Positions 35,363-45,054 of a stretch of 64,000 nucleotides of DNA are shown here, piece after piece; position 1 is the stretch's first letter; each line of letters opens with the position of its first letter. The notes under the pieces were generated by a model. It was not told the DNA's origin. It saw nothing but the letters and a program-made list of their open reading frames with translations, and made no database searches. The DNA is from a virus (taxonomy: Duplodnaviria; Caudoviricetes). The DNA lies in IMG/VR virus record IMGVR_UViG_3300042372_000291, positions 43,732 to 107,731 of that record. The stretch is one strand, 5' to 3'. The position numbers and the translations under genes are program-made.

Positions 35363-35566
35363 TTATATCATTATTCTAATTACGTGTTGACATGGGTCGC
35401 CCCCTGCTTCCCATTCTTCCAACTCTTCTTCACTCATATATTGATAACCACCATCATGTGTTGAACAAAATGGCTCTGTTACCCAACCTTTTTCAATGCC
35501 AGAACTTAACCAGACACCGAAATCTTTATCTTCTTGAGACAAATCTTCTTGAGCTATATGATTCAT
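35363..35566 (-). CDS. Hypothetical protein (C.THDG...GGDPC)
   Basis: ORF with leaderless-type promoter. Confidence 0.7.
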   Translation of the reverse strand: MNHIAQEDLSQEDKDFGVWLSSGIEKGWVTEPFCSTHDGGYQYMSEEELEEWEAGGDPCQHVIRIMI

Positions 35567-35597
35567 ATATATATATTATCATAGGTGGGCAGATAAG

Positions 35598-36341
35598 TCA
35601 AGATGACTTATTTCTTCTATTTTTTATATACCAATTTTTAAATATTGTTTGTCTTGTTACTCTATCTTTTTCTTTTCTAACTTTATCTTCATCATTCATA
35701 TCTCTAACAATTAAATCAAACTCATCTCTTTTATATGGAAACATTTGAACAAGCGGAGTACCACGCTTAATAAAAATTTCTTTACCATCACCATGATATG
35801 CAATTTCTATTTTATGTTGAAAGCTTATATCGGAATCTACTATTCCTGGAAGCGCACTAAAGTCTTTATTAAAGTGATAGAAAAGCGGTAATTGCATAAT
35901 AGAGTATCCAGGATCTGTAAACATATGCCAAGGAGAATCAAATTGAAATATTGCTGTAGCATTAGTACCCTGAAATTTATGTTCAACATGATTAAGATAT
36001 TGTGAAGGATGAAATATAATCATATTAAAATCAGAGTTGTGCCCTCCACATTTCCAACTCCATTCTAGTGTTTCTTTATCAAAAGATATAACTGTGTCTG
36101 CCCACATTGGTATAATATATCCTGCAGAAAAAACGTCTGGAAAAGATGGGCACTGTCTAACAGACATACTTTCTGGTCTGTATTTTGCCTCTTCCATATT
36201 TTTATCATATGGAACTTTTTTCCACCAGTCTGGCACAAATCTGCTAGCTGGAACAGGCTGAATTTCTTTTATTTCTGATAAATATGGAATATTAGAAACA
36301 AATTCAATTTTTGGATTTTTACTCATGTACTCACTATCCAT
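35598..36341 (-). CDS. dUTPase-like fold paralog 4 (DUF6065-like)
   Basis: PDWWK, CPSF, PGIVDSD, KRGTPLVQ.FPYKR. Confidence 0.7.
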   Translation of the reverse strand: MDSEYMSKNPKIEFVSNIPYLSEIKEIQPVPASRFVPDWWKKVPYDKNMEEAKYRPESMSVRQCPSFPDVFSAGYIIPMWADTVISFDKETLEWSWKCGGHNSDFNMIIFHPSQYLNHVEHKFQGTNATAIFQFDSPWHMFTDPGYSIMQLPLFYHFNKDFSALPGIVDSDISFQHKIEIAYHGDGKEIFIKRGTPLVQMFPYKRDEFDLIVRDMNDEDKVRKEKDRVTRQTIFKNWYIKNRRNKSS

Positions 36342-36852
36342 TTACAAAGTCAACTGGACCAATACAGGATGTGCTTAAATAACATGCAGCATCAACTGCT
36401 AGAGCAAGCCTACGCTTTGGATCTTTGTGATTGCGGGTGGCATGTAAAGAACCCATAGCGTAGTCTGCCCCTGATCCTATGGCAATATAATCTCTGTCAT
36501 AGGAAATTAATGTAAGGTCTTCTGCATCATGTTCATATAGTCTACCCTTAATACCAACAATAAGAGATACTTCGGAATCTTTTCCACCAATGTCCCACTC
36601 TGCGTAAAATGTTTTTAAAGCTTTTAAAAATTTAGTATGCATAAATTTATCTAAATTGCCTTCTGGGGTTGGAGGATTAAAATTATATTGAATAATTTGA
36701 CTATTAAATGTTCCAGCATACCCAAAAACATATGGACCATTTTTCCATATTTTTGGTCTATCTATAGGGACTATATAGGTTCCCTCTGAAGCCCCTCGTT
36801 CACCAGCAAGATAAACCTTGCCATCTTTCATTATTCCTGCAATACAAGTCAT
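36334..36852 (-). CDS. Ntn-hydrolase / HslV-proteasome-like protease
   Basis: N-terminal Thr (MTCIAG); AIGSG..YA.G. Confidence 0.8.
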   Translation of the reverse strand: MTCIAGIMKDGKVYLAGERGASEGTYIVPIDRPKIWKNGPYVFGYAGTFNSQIIQYNFNPPTPEGNLDKFMHTKFLKALKTFYAEWDIGGKDSEVSLIVGIKGRLYEHDAEDLTLISYDRDYIAIGSGADYAMGSLHATRNHKDPKRRLALAVDAACYLSTSCIGPVDFVNG

Positions 36853-36918
36853 GCCTACCCCTAGATTTTCTTGTTTTATCTAGTATATCACTAAGATTTT
36901 AATGTGTCAAATATGATA

Positions 36919-37539
36919 TTATTTTACGGTTTGACCGCAGGTTGGGCATGTCTTTGCTTCAGAACCAGCCTCAGCAGGCTTATCAATAGCTTTTCCAGCA
37001 CCTTTAAATTTTGGACGACCAAATCCTACAATAGAGACCATTACTCCTGCTTTATTTTTCTTATAAGCCCGAAGTTGCTTGCAGGCTTCTCCACCATTTC
37101 TTTGGCTTCCCTTTTTATTTGAAGAAGTATTTCCTTCAATACACCATACGGTCCCGTCTTCATTATCCTCAATAACAATTCCGACGTGAGAAATGCGATC
37201 AACGCCATCTGAGGGGAAATCAAAATAGGCAATATCTCCTGGCTCAGGATCAGCAATGTCTCCGTCAATCCAAGCGTTTGCTTTCTTAAATGCTGCTGCT
37301 CCTCCAGGCGTATACACCGTATTTGGGATTTTGACTCCTGCTTCGTTTGCACACCAATTTACAAAACTTCCACACCAAGGTTGAAAATTTGCCTTGGTGT
37401 ACGCTCCGTATTTTGTTTCGTTGTCTTTAGGTCCTTCTATATATCCCACTTGAGATTTAGCAACCTGAATTAATCTAGCAACTGTTCCTTTCGGAGCCTT
37501 TGCTGTTTCTGCTGGAACTGGAAATTTATCTATTGTCAT
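36919..37539 (-). CDS. CHAP-domain endolysin
   Basis: QPWCGSFV.W, SHVGIV, IEGNT. Confidence 0.85.
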   Translation of the reverse strand: MTIDKFPVPAETAKAPKGTVARLIQVAKSQVGYIEGPKDNETKYGAYTKANFQPWCGSFVNWCANEAGVKIPNTVYTPGGAAAFKKANAWIDGDIADPEPGDIAYFDFPSDGVDRISHVGIVIEDNEDGTVWCIEGNTSSNKKGSQRNGGEACKQLRAYKKNKAGVMVSIVGFGRPKFKGAGKAIDKPAEAGSEAKTCPTCGQTVK

Positions 37540-37982
37540 TACTCTTTATCCCAATCTGTATCAACTGGTTGTTCTGCTGGCATTGCACCATCTGGTTTAG
37601 CTGCTAAACGTGCTTTAACTGCATCAAGTTCTGCATCTACTTTCTTTTCTGCAATTTCTAATTCTGACTCAAGCTTTTTGTCTGCCTGAGTATTTTTAGC
37701 ATCCATTTCTTTATTATCAAGTTGTGCCTTCATAACATCTCTTGCACCACTCTGACCAATTAAAAGACCAGCAAGTGTTCCTGTAATAAATGTTGCTACT
37801 GATCCAAGAACGTTGAAAAACATCTTGTCATTTTCTGACTGTGCACCAACGGGCTGTGTAACAAAAAGCAACCCATAAAGAATTCCAATTGCTGTTAAAA
37901 ATAAAATTGATCCAAGAGTTATTCCTAAAATAAACTTTAATCTTGCATCTAGGTCTTGTGGACTTAATCTTTCTTTACTCAT
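37539..37982 (-). CDS. Two-TM membrane protein with coiled-coil tail (holin-like)
   Basis: Two hydrophobic helices; adjacent to the endolysin. Confidence 0.6.
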   Translation of the reverse strand: MSKERLSPQDLDARLKFILGITLGSILFLTAIGILYGLLFVTQPVGAQSENDKMFFNVLGSVATFITGTLAGLLIGQSGARDVMKAQLDNKEMDAKNTQADKKLESELEIAEKKVDAELDAVKARLAAKPDGAMPAEQPVDTDWDKE

Positions 37983-38190
37983 TCTCTACCCCTTTTGTCT
38001 TTTGATATTCATCCCATGTTTCTTGTCCAACTAAATCTCTTGAGCACAAACCAACAGGCTCACAAATAGGTGGGTTGCATTCTGCTTTATCCCAATTTGC
38101 TGGATCTTGGCAAGGATATCTGTATTGTCCATCATAGCCACACCCAGATAGGGCTAAACCAAGTAGAGCAATTCCGATTATCCTTAGCAT
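37975..38190 (-). CDS. Small lipoprotein
   Basis: Lipobox LSGC; 4 further Cys. Confidence 0.7.
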   Translation of the reverse strand: MLRIIGIALLGLALSGCGYDGQYRYPCQDPANWDKAECNPPICEPVGLCSRDLVGQETWDEYQKTKGVENE

Positions 38191-38209
38191 ACCCACCATT
38201 ATACCAAGT

Positions 38210-38533
38210 TTATTCTTCTTTTTCTTCTCTCAAAGGTATAGTAACAAGCCATAAAATAGTAGCAAAAACAGTAGCAATTCCTACTATTTGTTGGGCGGTA
38301 CCAGTCAGGGTAAGCCAGGCAATAAAAAATCCTAGAAGGGTCCATACTTGTGCAATGCTTTCCTTAATAGCCTTTCCAAGCCATACTAGGAAGCCTTTAA
38401 GGGCCTTTAGAGCTAGCATAGGTGTTTTACCTACCATATTCAATACCTTTGGCAATACCGCTTTAAAATTAGGCAGTTTGATTTTGCCAATAAGGTCTTT
38501 TGCTTGACTAATTAACTTATCCATCATTATCAT
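38210..38533 (-). CDS. Membrane protein
   Basis: Two C-terminal TM segments. Confidence 0.65.
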   Translation of the reverse strand: MIMMDKLISQAKDLIGKIKLPNFKAVLPKVLNMVGKTPMLALKALKGFLVWLGKAIKESIAQVWTLLGFFIAWLTLTGTAQQIVGIATVFATILWLVTIPLREEKEE

Positions 38534-38534
38534 A

Positions 38535-40139
38535 TTATAACCTCCTTAATGACATAACAGAACTAACTATGTTAGAAACCAGAATTACTGGAATAATAAC
38601 TTCTTGAACTTTTTCTCTTTGATCATCTGTCATATCCTTACCCCATTCCGATGGGCTAAGAATCTTATCCAAGTCTATATTTGTTAAAACTGCCAGTGGA
38701 TCTTCTAAAAATTTTTCTGCTTGTATTTCAGTAACCGCATCTGCTAGAGTATAAGGCATAGGGGCATCAGCATTATTTTCTGCCATATCTGCAAATTGAA
38801 CAACAGCTACTGCTAGGGCTGGATTTTCTTTTGCTGCTTCTGCAATTAATGCAATTTCATCTGCCTTAATGCCAAGATCTGAAGCAAAAGATTTTTTGGC
38901 TTCTGGTGACAATTCAGTTAGAAGATCTGATACTGCTGACATCAATTTAACATCATTAACACTAATTAGTTTATTTAAATTTTTAAGTTCTTCTTCAGAA
39001 ATGGCATTGTCATCATTTGTGTTATTATCATCTGGTGTTGGTAATACAAGATCTTCGTCAACAGGTTGCTCAGGTTCAGGCTCTGGCGATAAATCTATAT
39101 CCGTTGGCTGAGGTGAAGGCTCTTCTGAAGGCTCTGGAGAAGGATCACTTTCTTCATTCTCCCCATCTGTGGTTTCTGGGTTTGGAGAAGGATTGGAATC
39201 TTCTGGTTCAGTTTGCTCTTGATCATCAGGGAATCTAGGATCCTCTGGAGTAATAACTTCTGGCTCAACTTCAACATCTGGTTCTGGTAAATTTGGCTCT
39301 TCTATTGGTTCAGGTGTTAGATCTTCAGTTGGTTCTGTTATTGGTTCTTCAACTTCTTCATTATTTATTGCAGCAATAAGATTGTTAATATCAGCAATTT
39401 CATTTGCTAATGTTACTGCCTCAACAACTTCAGCCTGTACTTCTTCTGGAGTTAGTGGTTCTTCAGTTGGTGTAGGAGTAGGTTCTGAAATTGGCTCTGG
39501 AGCTAATGTTGGAATAGGATCTCCTGCTTGTATTTGTGTAGCACCCCATGCCTCTAAAGAAACAATATCACCATTATGGAGTCTAACTCCAGTTCTTAAA
39601 TTTGGATATTCAGGTCCTTGATAGCTGTAGGCAACAGAAATACCGCCAGTATTTGTAATTGCAACAATGATATTAATATTGCTTGGAGTTGAAGCATTCC
39701 ATTGTCCAAATGGAATTACTTCTAAATCTAATTGAAATCCACCTTCAGAATAAGATATATTTAAAGTATCTGGTGCGTTATAGTATCCTGAAACCCAGTC
39801 CATAGAGTATAAAGAAATAGATGGAGTATTTGGATATTGCCAATATGTATTATCTGGTTGTCCAAATGTGATTACTGAATTTGTTGTAGCATAAATATTT
39901 GAATATTGAACACCATCAAATGTAATTGTTGTTGCTATTGGTATCTGATAAGAAGTATCATCTCCGCCACAAGTATCCATTGTGTGTACCGTTGGAACTT
40001 CGTCACCCTCGTAGGCTGCTGCTATAGTTTGAGACTGTATATAGTTAACACAAGTAGCATATGCATTCTCTGGAAAACCAAAAAGACTTGTAAAAAGAAT
40101 TCCCGCCACTGCTGTTATGCGTAGGAATTTTTTGTTTAT
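38535..40139 (-). CDS. Surface protein: signal peptide, beta domain, Pro/Glu-rich stalk, C-terminal anchor; probable ATA start
   Basis: AGGAG 7 nt before ATA-NKKFLR; acidic Pro-rich low-complexity segment. Confidence 0.72.
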   Translation of the reverse strand: MNKKFLRITAVAGILFTSLFGFPENAYATCVNYIQSQTIAAAYEGDEVPTVHTMDTCGGDDTSYQIPIATTITFDGVQYSNIYATTNSVITFGQPDNTYWQYPNTPSISLYSMDWVSGYYNAPDTLNISYSEGGFQLDLEVIPFGQWNASTPSNINIIVAITNTGGISVAYSYQGPEYPNLRTGVRLHNGDIVSLEAWGATQIQAGDPIPTLAPEPISEPTPTPTEEPLTPEEVQAEVVEAVTLANEIADINNLIAAINNEEVEEPITEPTEDLTPEPIEEPNLPEPDVEVEPEVITPEDPRFPDDQEQTEPEDSNPSPNPETTDGENEESDPSPEPSEEPSPQPTDIDLSPEPEPEQPVDEDLVLPTPDDNNTNDDNAISEEELKNLNKLISVNDVKLMSAVSDLLTELSPEAKKSFASDLGIKADEIALIAEAAKENPALAVAVVQFADMAENNADAPMPYTLADAVTEIQAEKFLEDPLAVLTNIDLDKILSPSEWGKDMTDDQREKVQEVIIPVILVSNIVSSVMSLRRL

Positions 40140-40182
40140 GGGGCTACTCCTAATTAATTAATTAATCATATTATATCATGAT

Positions 40183-40213
40183 AAAAGAAAAAGGCGCAGA
40201 TTGCTCTGCGCCC
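40183..40213 (-). terminator. Intrinsic terminator
   Basis: GGCGCAGA-GCAA-TCTGCGCC-TTTTTCTTTT. Confidence 0.85.
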
Positions 40214-40231
40214 TAATCTTTTATTTGTTAA

Positions 40232-41380
40232 TTACTTAACAAGTGTGACCTTTGCCTTTGGGTTCTTTGCGTTCCACTTCTTAGCAAGATCATTGAATGC
40301 CTTTTTCATATCAGCGATTGCCTTAGCATTTGCAGCCTTGACTGCATCTAGCTCTGTCTTAGCAGCAGCCTGTGCATCAGCAAGAGCCTTATCTGCAGCA
40401 ACCTTAGCAGTTACGGCATCAGCCTTCAACTTAGCAATTTCAGCAGCAGCAGTAATAGCAGCAGCATCAGCAGTAGCCTTTGCAGCAGCTGCATCAGAAG
40501 CAGCCTTTGCAATAGCAGCAGCAAGTGCAGCATCTGCAGTTACCTTATCAGCAGCACGAGCAGCCTTTTCTGCAGCGAGTGCAGCATTAGCGGTAGCAAG
40601 TGCACCAGCAAGATCAGATACTGTTACGATTGCAGTCTGAGAAGTTGTTGCCAACTTGATTGTTGGAACAGATGTTGGAGCAGTAATAGATGCTCCGACA
40701 GCAACAGTTCCAGCAGTTGCAGGAAGTGAAATCTCTGATGTGTAACGACCTGTTACAAGAGCATCAGCAGTTACTGTTCCAGCAGTTGCGCCACCAAGGG
40801 TAGTAACAGTTACTGTATCAGCAACAGCGTTGCCGAAAATATCTGCTACATCAAGAGTTGCAGTTACCTTTCCAGAAATATTTCCTGAAGCAGGGATTGA
40901 CATCTTAAGATCATATGCAGGACCTGCAACACCCTTAAGATAAATTGTTGTTGCTGCACCAGTTACAGAAACTGTAACAGCAGAAGCAGCAGTGCTTGTT
41001 GTGTATGCATATACAGTCGCTGTTGTTGAAGCAGGCGTTACTGTAATTGAAGATGATCCAGCAGATGCATTAACTGTTGAACCAACTGCAGATACTAGGC
41101 GTGTATTAGCACCAACTGCAGTAAATGTTACTGGTGTTCCAGCAACTACTGTAGCAGTGATAAGAAGTGCTTCGTTGTTTGTTGCAGTTGTGGTATCTGC
41201 AACGCTAACTACGTTGTCAGAAGGAACCTTAACTGTGAATGGTGAGGCTGCTGTACCAGAACCAGATACTTCAGTTGTTACGTCTACTGAAACGGTATTG
41301 GCACTTGCAGGTGTCACTACGAGTGTGCCCAGTGTCATGGCTGCAACCACGGCAAGAGCGATTTTCTTAAATGAATTCAT
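40232..41380 (-). CDS. Secreted Ala/Thr/Val-rich protein (Ig-like/S-layer-like) with Ala-Lys coiled coil
   Basis: MNSFKKIALAVVAA...PASA signal peptide; AAGGAG SD. Confidence 0.8.
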   Translation of the reverse strand: MNSFKKIALAVVAAMTLGTLVVTPASANTVSVDVTTEVSGSGTAASPFTVKVPSDNVVSVADTTTATNNEALLITATVVAGTPVTFTAVGANTRLVSAVGSTVNASAGSSSITVTPASTTATVYAYTTSTAASAVTVSVTGAATTIYLKGVAGPAYDLKMSIPASGNISGKVTATLDVADIFGNAVADTVTVTTLGGATAGTVTADALVTGRYTSEISLPATAGTVAVGASITAPTSVPTIKLATTSQTAIVTVSDLAGALATANAALAAEKAARAADKVTADAALAAAIAKAASDAAAAKATADAAAITAAAEIAKLKADAVTAKVAADKALADAQAAAKTELDAVKAANAKAIADMKKAFNDLAKKWNAKNPKAKVTLVK

Positions 41381-41406
41381 TTTTCTCCTTGTTTGATTCA
41401 TCGTAT

Positions 41407-43188
41407 TTAAATTAACTTATATTCTCCAAGGTATTCTTGAACATCGTCAGGAATTGCCTTGGTATCCAATTCTACCATAGCCTTCTTCTTTTCTGCAAGT
41501 CGGCTAGCAGAACTCCATGTATGAACCTCAATCTCTAGATTAGAGTCCCTACTTGTGTGAGATATTGCTCCAAATACCGCCCCACAAACGGCATCCGCCA
41601 AGTCTTTAGATTTCTTGCGTGGGTGATCTACACGATTATTTTTCATAATCTTTAGCTCACTCATTTCTTCAAGAAGTAAAGGAATCATTGGCATTGCAAT
41701 TCTTTCTTCATAAATCATCATAGCTAGGTCTTCATAATGTTTCTTAGCAACAGAAACAGTATCAGTTCTCATTCCTACCGCTTTTAATTCCTGTTGAATA
41801 TCAAAGGACTGCCAACGGTCAAATGTAACCATACCTATGTTAAAACCCTCTCTACGAAGATTCATAATCCATTTTTTTACCTCTGAGAGGTCTACTGGCC
41901 CCTCTATTTTAGGCTCCCACCACGCAACAGCATCCACAATAACAATTGGAGCAACCTGTTCGTAATCTTTGATTACTTGAACATTTACCCAACGTTCAAC
42001 ATGTGCAATAGCAACTGCACACTTATCGTGAACCTGTGCAAGATCGGCATGAATATAATATACTTTATCAGGGTCTGGCTTAAAAGTCAAATCAAATCTT
42101 TTATGATTGTCTATTGGATTTCTTAATGTCATGCATTTTTCTAACTTATCTTTTTGTTTAAAAAATGCGTCAGACGAGTATGTTGGTGTGCAAAGGAAAC
42201 GCATCATGGCATCTCCTAAGTCTGTTAAAAATGCAATTTTAAAATCATCAATTTTTCTTGTTGGGTTTACTTCCCATGTTGGTCTTTTTAAAGCAAACAT
42301 TCTAGGGTATTTATAAGAAGTAATATGATCTTCTTCCCAGACTATTTCAAATTCATTGTCTGGTCCTTCTGGTAGCTCTTCATTAATAACAAACTTGTAT
42401 CGTCTTTCTATTACATCTTTTTCCATGATTACATCTTCATACCGTTTTGAAATAAAGTCACCGTTGTATCGGGGAAATGATAGAAGAACCACCTTGCCTA
42501 AATCTGGGAAACGAGAATCTACTGTGCCTCTAAATGCTTTATATATATTATCAGCAGTTTTGCCCTGATCATTTCCTGTTCCTACTTCTGTAGCAAAACC
42601 TGAAATCTCATCAAGAACAGCCATGAACAAGTTCAAACCCTCATGTGATTCACGCTCTGAGTGACCAGAGTAAACGGTGATTGATTTATCAAAACCAATA
42701 GAGTTTACTTTTGGGTCATACTTTCCAGCAAACCATGGAGATCTTTCAATTTTTGATTTAAAACCTTTAAAGAAAACATTTTTAGCTTGTTCTGCGTTAA
42801 TAGCAACGTTAATAATATCTATTGCATCTCCTGCAGGTTTGCCATAATATCTTGCTGGATCTTTTAAGCAAAGTAGTTTATAGACAACATAGGCGCAGGC
42901 AACAGTAGAAACAAAGTCTTTACCACTACCTTTTCCTAATTGTAGAATAATTTCATTTTTGGTATATTTAGCAAAATGTTTGTCGCCCTGTTCTGTACCC
43001 ATTAACATTTGTAAATCTTCTTTGCGATAAATTTGGCTCATCGCCTCAACAATGTCATATTGAATAGTAGAAAGAGGTGGTTGCCCAAGAAAGTCTGGAG
43101 ACTCAACAAAAGTCTTTACGTCTACAGGAGTTTCTTCAAATTGACTATCTTGAAGTGCTTCAAAAAAATCATTGAACTTGGTGGACAA
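41407..43188 (-). CDS. Terminase large subunit
   Basis: GKGSGKD Walker A, AVLDE Walker B, HADLA and DH....SKD.ADA nuclease motifs. Confidence 0.9.
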   Translation of the reverse strand: MSTKFNDFFEALQDSQFEETPVDVKTFVESPDFLGQPPLSTIQYDIVEAMSQIYRKEDLQMLMGTEQGDKHFAKYTKNEIILQLGKGSGKDFVSTVACAYVVYKLLCLKDPARYYGKPAGDAIDIINVAINAEQAKNVFFKGFKSKIERSPWFAGKYDPKVNSIGFDKSITVYSGHSERESHEGLNLFMAVLDEISGFATEVGTGNDQGKTADNIYKAFRGTVDSRFPDLGKVVLLSFPRYNGDFISKRYEDVIMEKDVIERRYKFVINEELPEGPDNEFEIVWEEDHITSYKYPRMFALKRPTWEVNPTRKIDDFKIAFLTDLGDAMMRFLCTPTYSSDAFFKQKDKLEKCMTLRNPIDNHKRFDLTFKPDPDKVYYIHADLAQVHDKCAVAIAHVERWVNVQVIKDYEQVAPIVIVDAVAWWEPKIEGPVDLSEVKKWIMNLRREGFNIGMVTFDRWQSFDIQQELKAVGMRTDTVSVAKKHYEDLAMMIYEERIAMPMIPLLLEEMSELKIMKNNRVDHPRKKSKDLADAVCGAVFGAISHTSRDSNLEIEVHTWSSASRLAEKKKAMVELDTKAIPDDVQEYLGEYKLI

Positions 43189-43708
43189 CAGTAATCACTT
43201 CTCCTTCTTTTGCAATTGCAGATAGTCTTTGCATAATAAGATCACGTATTTCTGGGTGTTCGGATGCTATATCACGAAGAATGCCAACAAGAACTTCTTG
43301 TCTCTTTTCAATTTCAACCATTTCTTCTGCCAACTCTTTATTTTCTAATAATCCTGCTTTTTGTAACATGTCAATACGACGTGCCTCAATATCCATAACG
43401 AGCTTGATAGCAGCAGTCTTAGCATTTAAATTTGCAGTTGTTGTTGCATCATCAATAACCTCATATGCTTGCTGAATTAGTTTTGTATAGTGTGCATCAG
43501 CGCTAACCAAAGCATCTTTAGCACGAGCACGGATAGCATCATTAGCAGATGCCATCGTCTTCCACTCATTAAGGTGTGCTACGACACGTGTTCTTGGAAG
43601 CGATAATGTCTTAGAAATCTTAGTAGGATCGTTACCTTTTAGATATTCTTCAACAACCTTATTTACTTCATCAAGATGTTTTACGATTTCTATTTCTGCG
43701 TCTATCAT
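43169..43708 (-). CDS. Putative terminase small subunit (HTH plus helical)
   Basis: Directly upstream of TerL; N-terminal HTH-like segment. Confidence 0.55.
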   Translation of the reverse strand: MIDAEIEIVKHLDEVNKVVEEYLKGNDPTKISKTLSLPRTRVVAHLNEWKTMASANDAIRARAKDALVSADAHYTKLIQQAYEVIDDATTTANLNAKTAAIKLVMDIEARRIDMLQKAGLLENKELAEEMVEIEKRQEVLVGILRDIASEHPEIRDLIMQRLSAIAKEGEVITVVHQVQ

Positions 43709-43940
43709 ATTTACCTTCTAGTCTATTGATTTCATCTTGAATATAAAAGATTGCCTTTTTCAAGTCTTCAATATGTTTAGATTCATCTTTTATACCAGCT
43801 CTCCAGAGATACTTTATTGCATTACCAATATTAAAGTTTCTGTGTCTAGTAATTTCAATTGCCTCTACCCCACTTGGATCATTTGTATAATGATAAGGAT
43901 GGTTAACCTGATCAACCTTTATTATAAATTTTTCACTCAT
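43671..43940 (-). CDS. DUF3310 (T7 gp1.7-like nucleotide kinase family)
   Basis: VNHP.HY...GNAIKYLWRAG.K....EDLKKA.FY. Confidence 0.85.
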   Translation of the reverse strand: MSEKFIIKVDQVNHPYHYTNDPSGVEAIEITRHRNFNIGNAIKYLWRAGIKDESKHIEDLKKAIFYIQDEINRLEGKYDRRRNRNRKTS

Positions 43941-44703
43941 TATGTTCTCCTGTTAAATTTTTTTTAATTTCTGTTAAAATTGTTTCATTAAATCTAGACT
44001 CCATAAACTTTTTATATCTTGTAACCAATGGTAAATTTTCTCCCATAAATGATGGAGAATTTACACAATGATTCATATATTTGTCAAGCGCCCTACTGTG
44101 TTTAAACCTATGTAATTTTATTTTTTTATCGGTATTAAAGTGAACATAAAATAATGGCTCATCTTCTTCAAATTTAAAAAATCCACTTTGATTCCACATC
44201 TGCACTTCAACATTGTATGACCTAAACCATCTTCCTATATCAAAGTTGCCTGGAAAGATAGTTCCATATTGTGTATATTGAGATTTATGAAAAATAGGTT
44301 GATAGAAAAATGCTTGTAATGGTTGGTCTGCAAAAAATCCATAGGATAGTTCAAAAGTTATAGATGGACCAACATTTAAACCAAAATCAGATCTTACATT
44401 AAAATCTATATAGCTTTTAGATAGTGGCTCTATTTCTGCAGGGGTTTTTGAAAAATCAAACCTATATTCTGATTGAACTACATTTTTAAAAACAAAAGTA
44501 TTTTTAAATTGATTTTTTACTGCAGGACATGAAAAAAATGTTTTTGATTTTCCCTTACCTCCAATATTATTGCTTTTATTTTCTAATAGTGATAAATATA
44601 AATTGGTTGGTTCTGGATATAACATCTCCCACTCATTATGTCCATTAGCACTATATCCAATTGCTGGAGCCCAGTAAACGTTTATGACATCTTTATTGCT
44701 CAT
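43933..44703 (-). CDS. Paralog family B, copy 2
   Basis: INVYWA, CPA, PG.FDIGRWFR. Confidence 0.7.
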   Translation of the reverse strand: MSNKDVINVYWAPAIGYSANGHNEWEMLYPEPTNLYLSLLENKSNNIGGKGKSKTFFSCPAVKNQFKNTFVFKNVVQSEYRFDFSKTPAEIEPLSKSYIDFNVRSDFGLNVGPSITFELSYGFFADQPLQAFFYQPIFHKSQYTQYGTIFPGNFDIGRWFRSYNVEVQMWNQSGFFKFEEDEPLFYVHFNTDKKIKLHRFKHSRALDKYMNHCVNSPSFMGENLPLVTRYKKFMESRFNETILTEIKKNLTGEHNE

Positions 44704-44855
44704 CTTTTTGATTTCCTCAATCCAAACTTAGCAAGGTATACGTAAATAGTTTCCAAGCTTACTCCACATTCCTTTGCTATATCCTCTGGACTTTTTTTAT
44801 CCACATGGTATCTTTTTTTAAGCCATAGTTCATTTGTATATAGTTTACCAGACAT
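44700..44855 (-). CDS. Small HTH protein
   Basis: Manual translation: WLKKRY...SPEDIAKECGVSLETIY.YL.KFG. Confidence 0.75.
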   Translation of the reverse strand: MSGKLYTNELWLKKRYHVDKKSPEDIAKECGVSLETIYVYLAKFGLRKSKR

Positions 44856-44856
44856 G

Positions 44857-45054
44857 TTATTTTTTGTCAACCCTAACTACTGGATCTAGCCTATCCCAAT
44901 ACCCTTTAGAATTACCCTGGTAAACTTGTCCAGTTTCTCTATCAATCAATAACCATTTTGTTGGAACTAAAGTTTTAACAGATAAGACAACATCTTGACT
45001 TTCTTCCACAAAATTAAAAGAATTTCTTTCCATAATCAAACTCTCATTTTCCAT
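44857..45054 (-). CDS. Hypothetical protein
   Basis: P.KW.L.D.ETG.VY pattern. Confidence 0.65.
   Translation of the reverse strand: MENESLIMERNSFNFVEESQDVVLSVKTLVPTKWLLIDRETGQVYQGNSKGYWDRLDPVVRVDKK

Noticed and set aside
38070-38507. 145-aa plus-strand ORF
   Set aside because: Antisense shadow of the membrane and lipoprotein genes
40245-41396. Plus-strand ORFs 40245..40640 and 40992..41396
   Set aside because: Antisense shadows of the codon-biased Ala-rich gene
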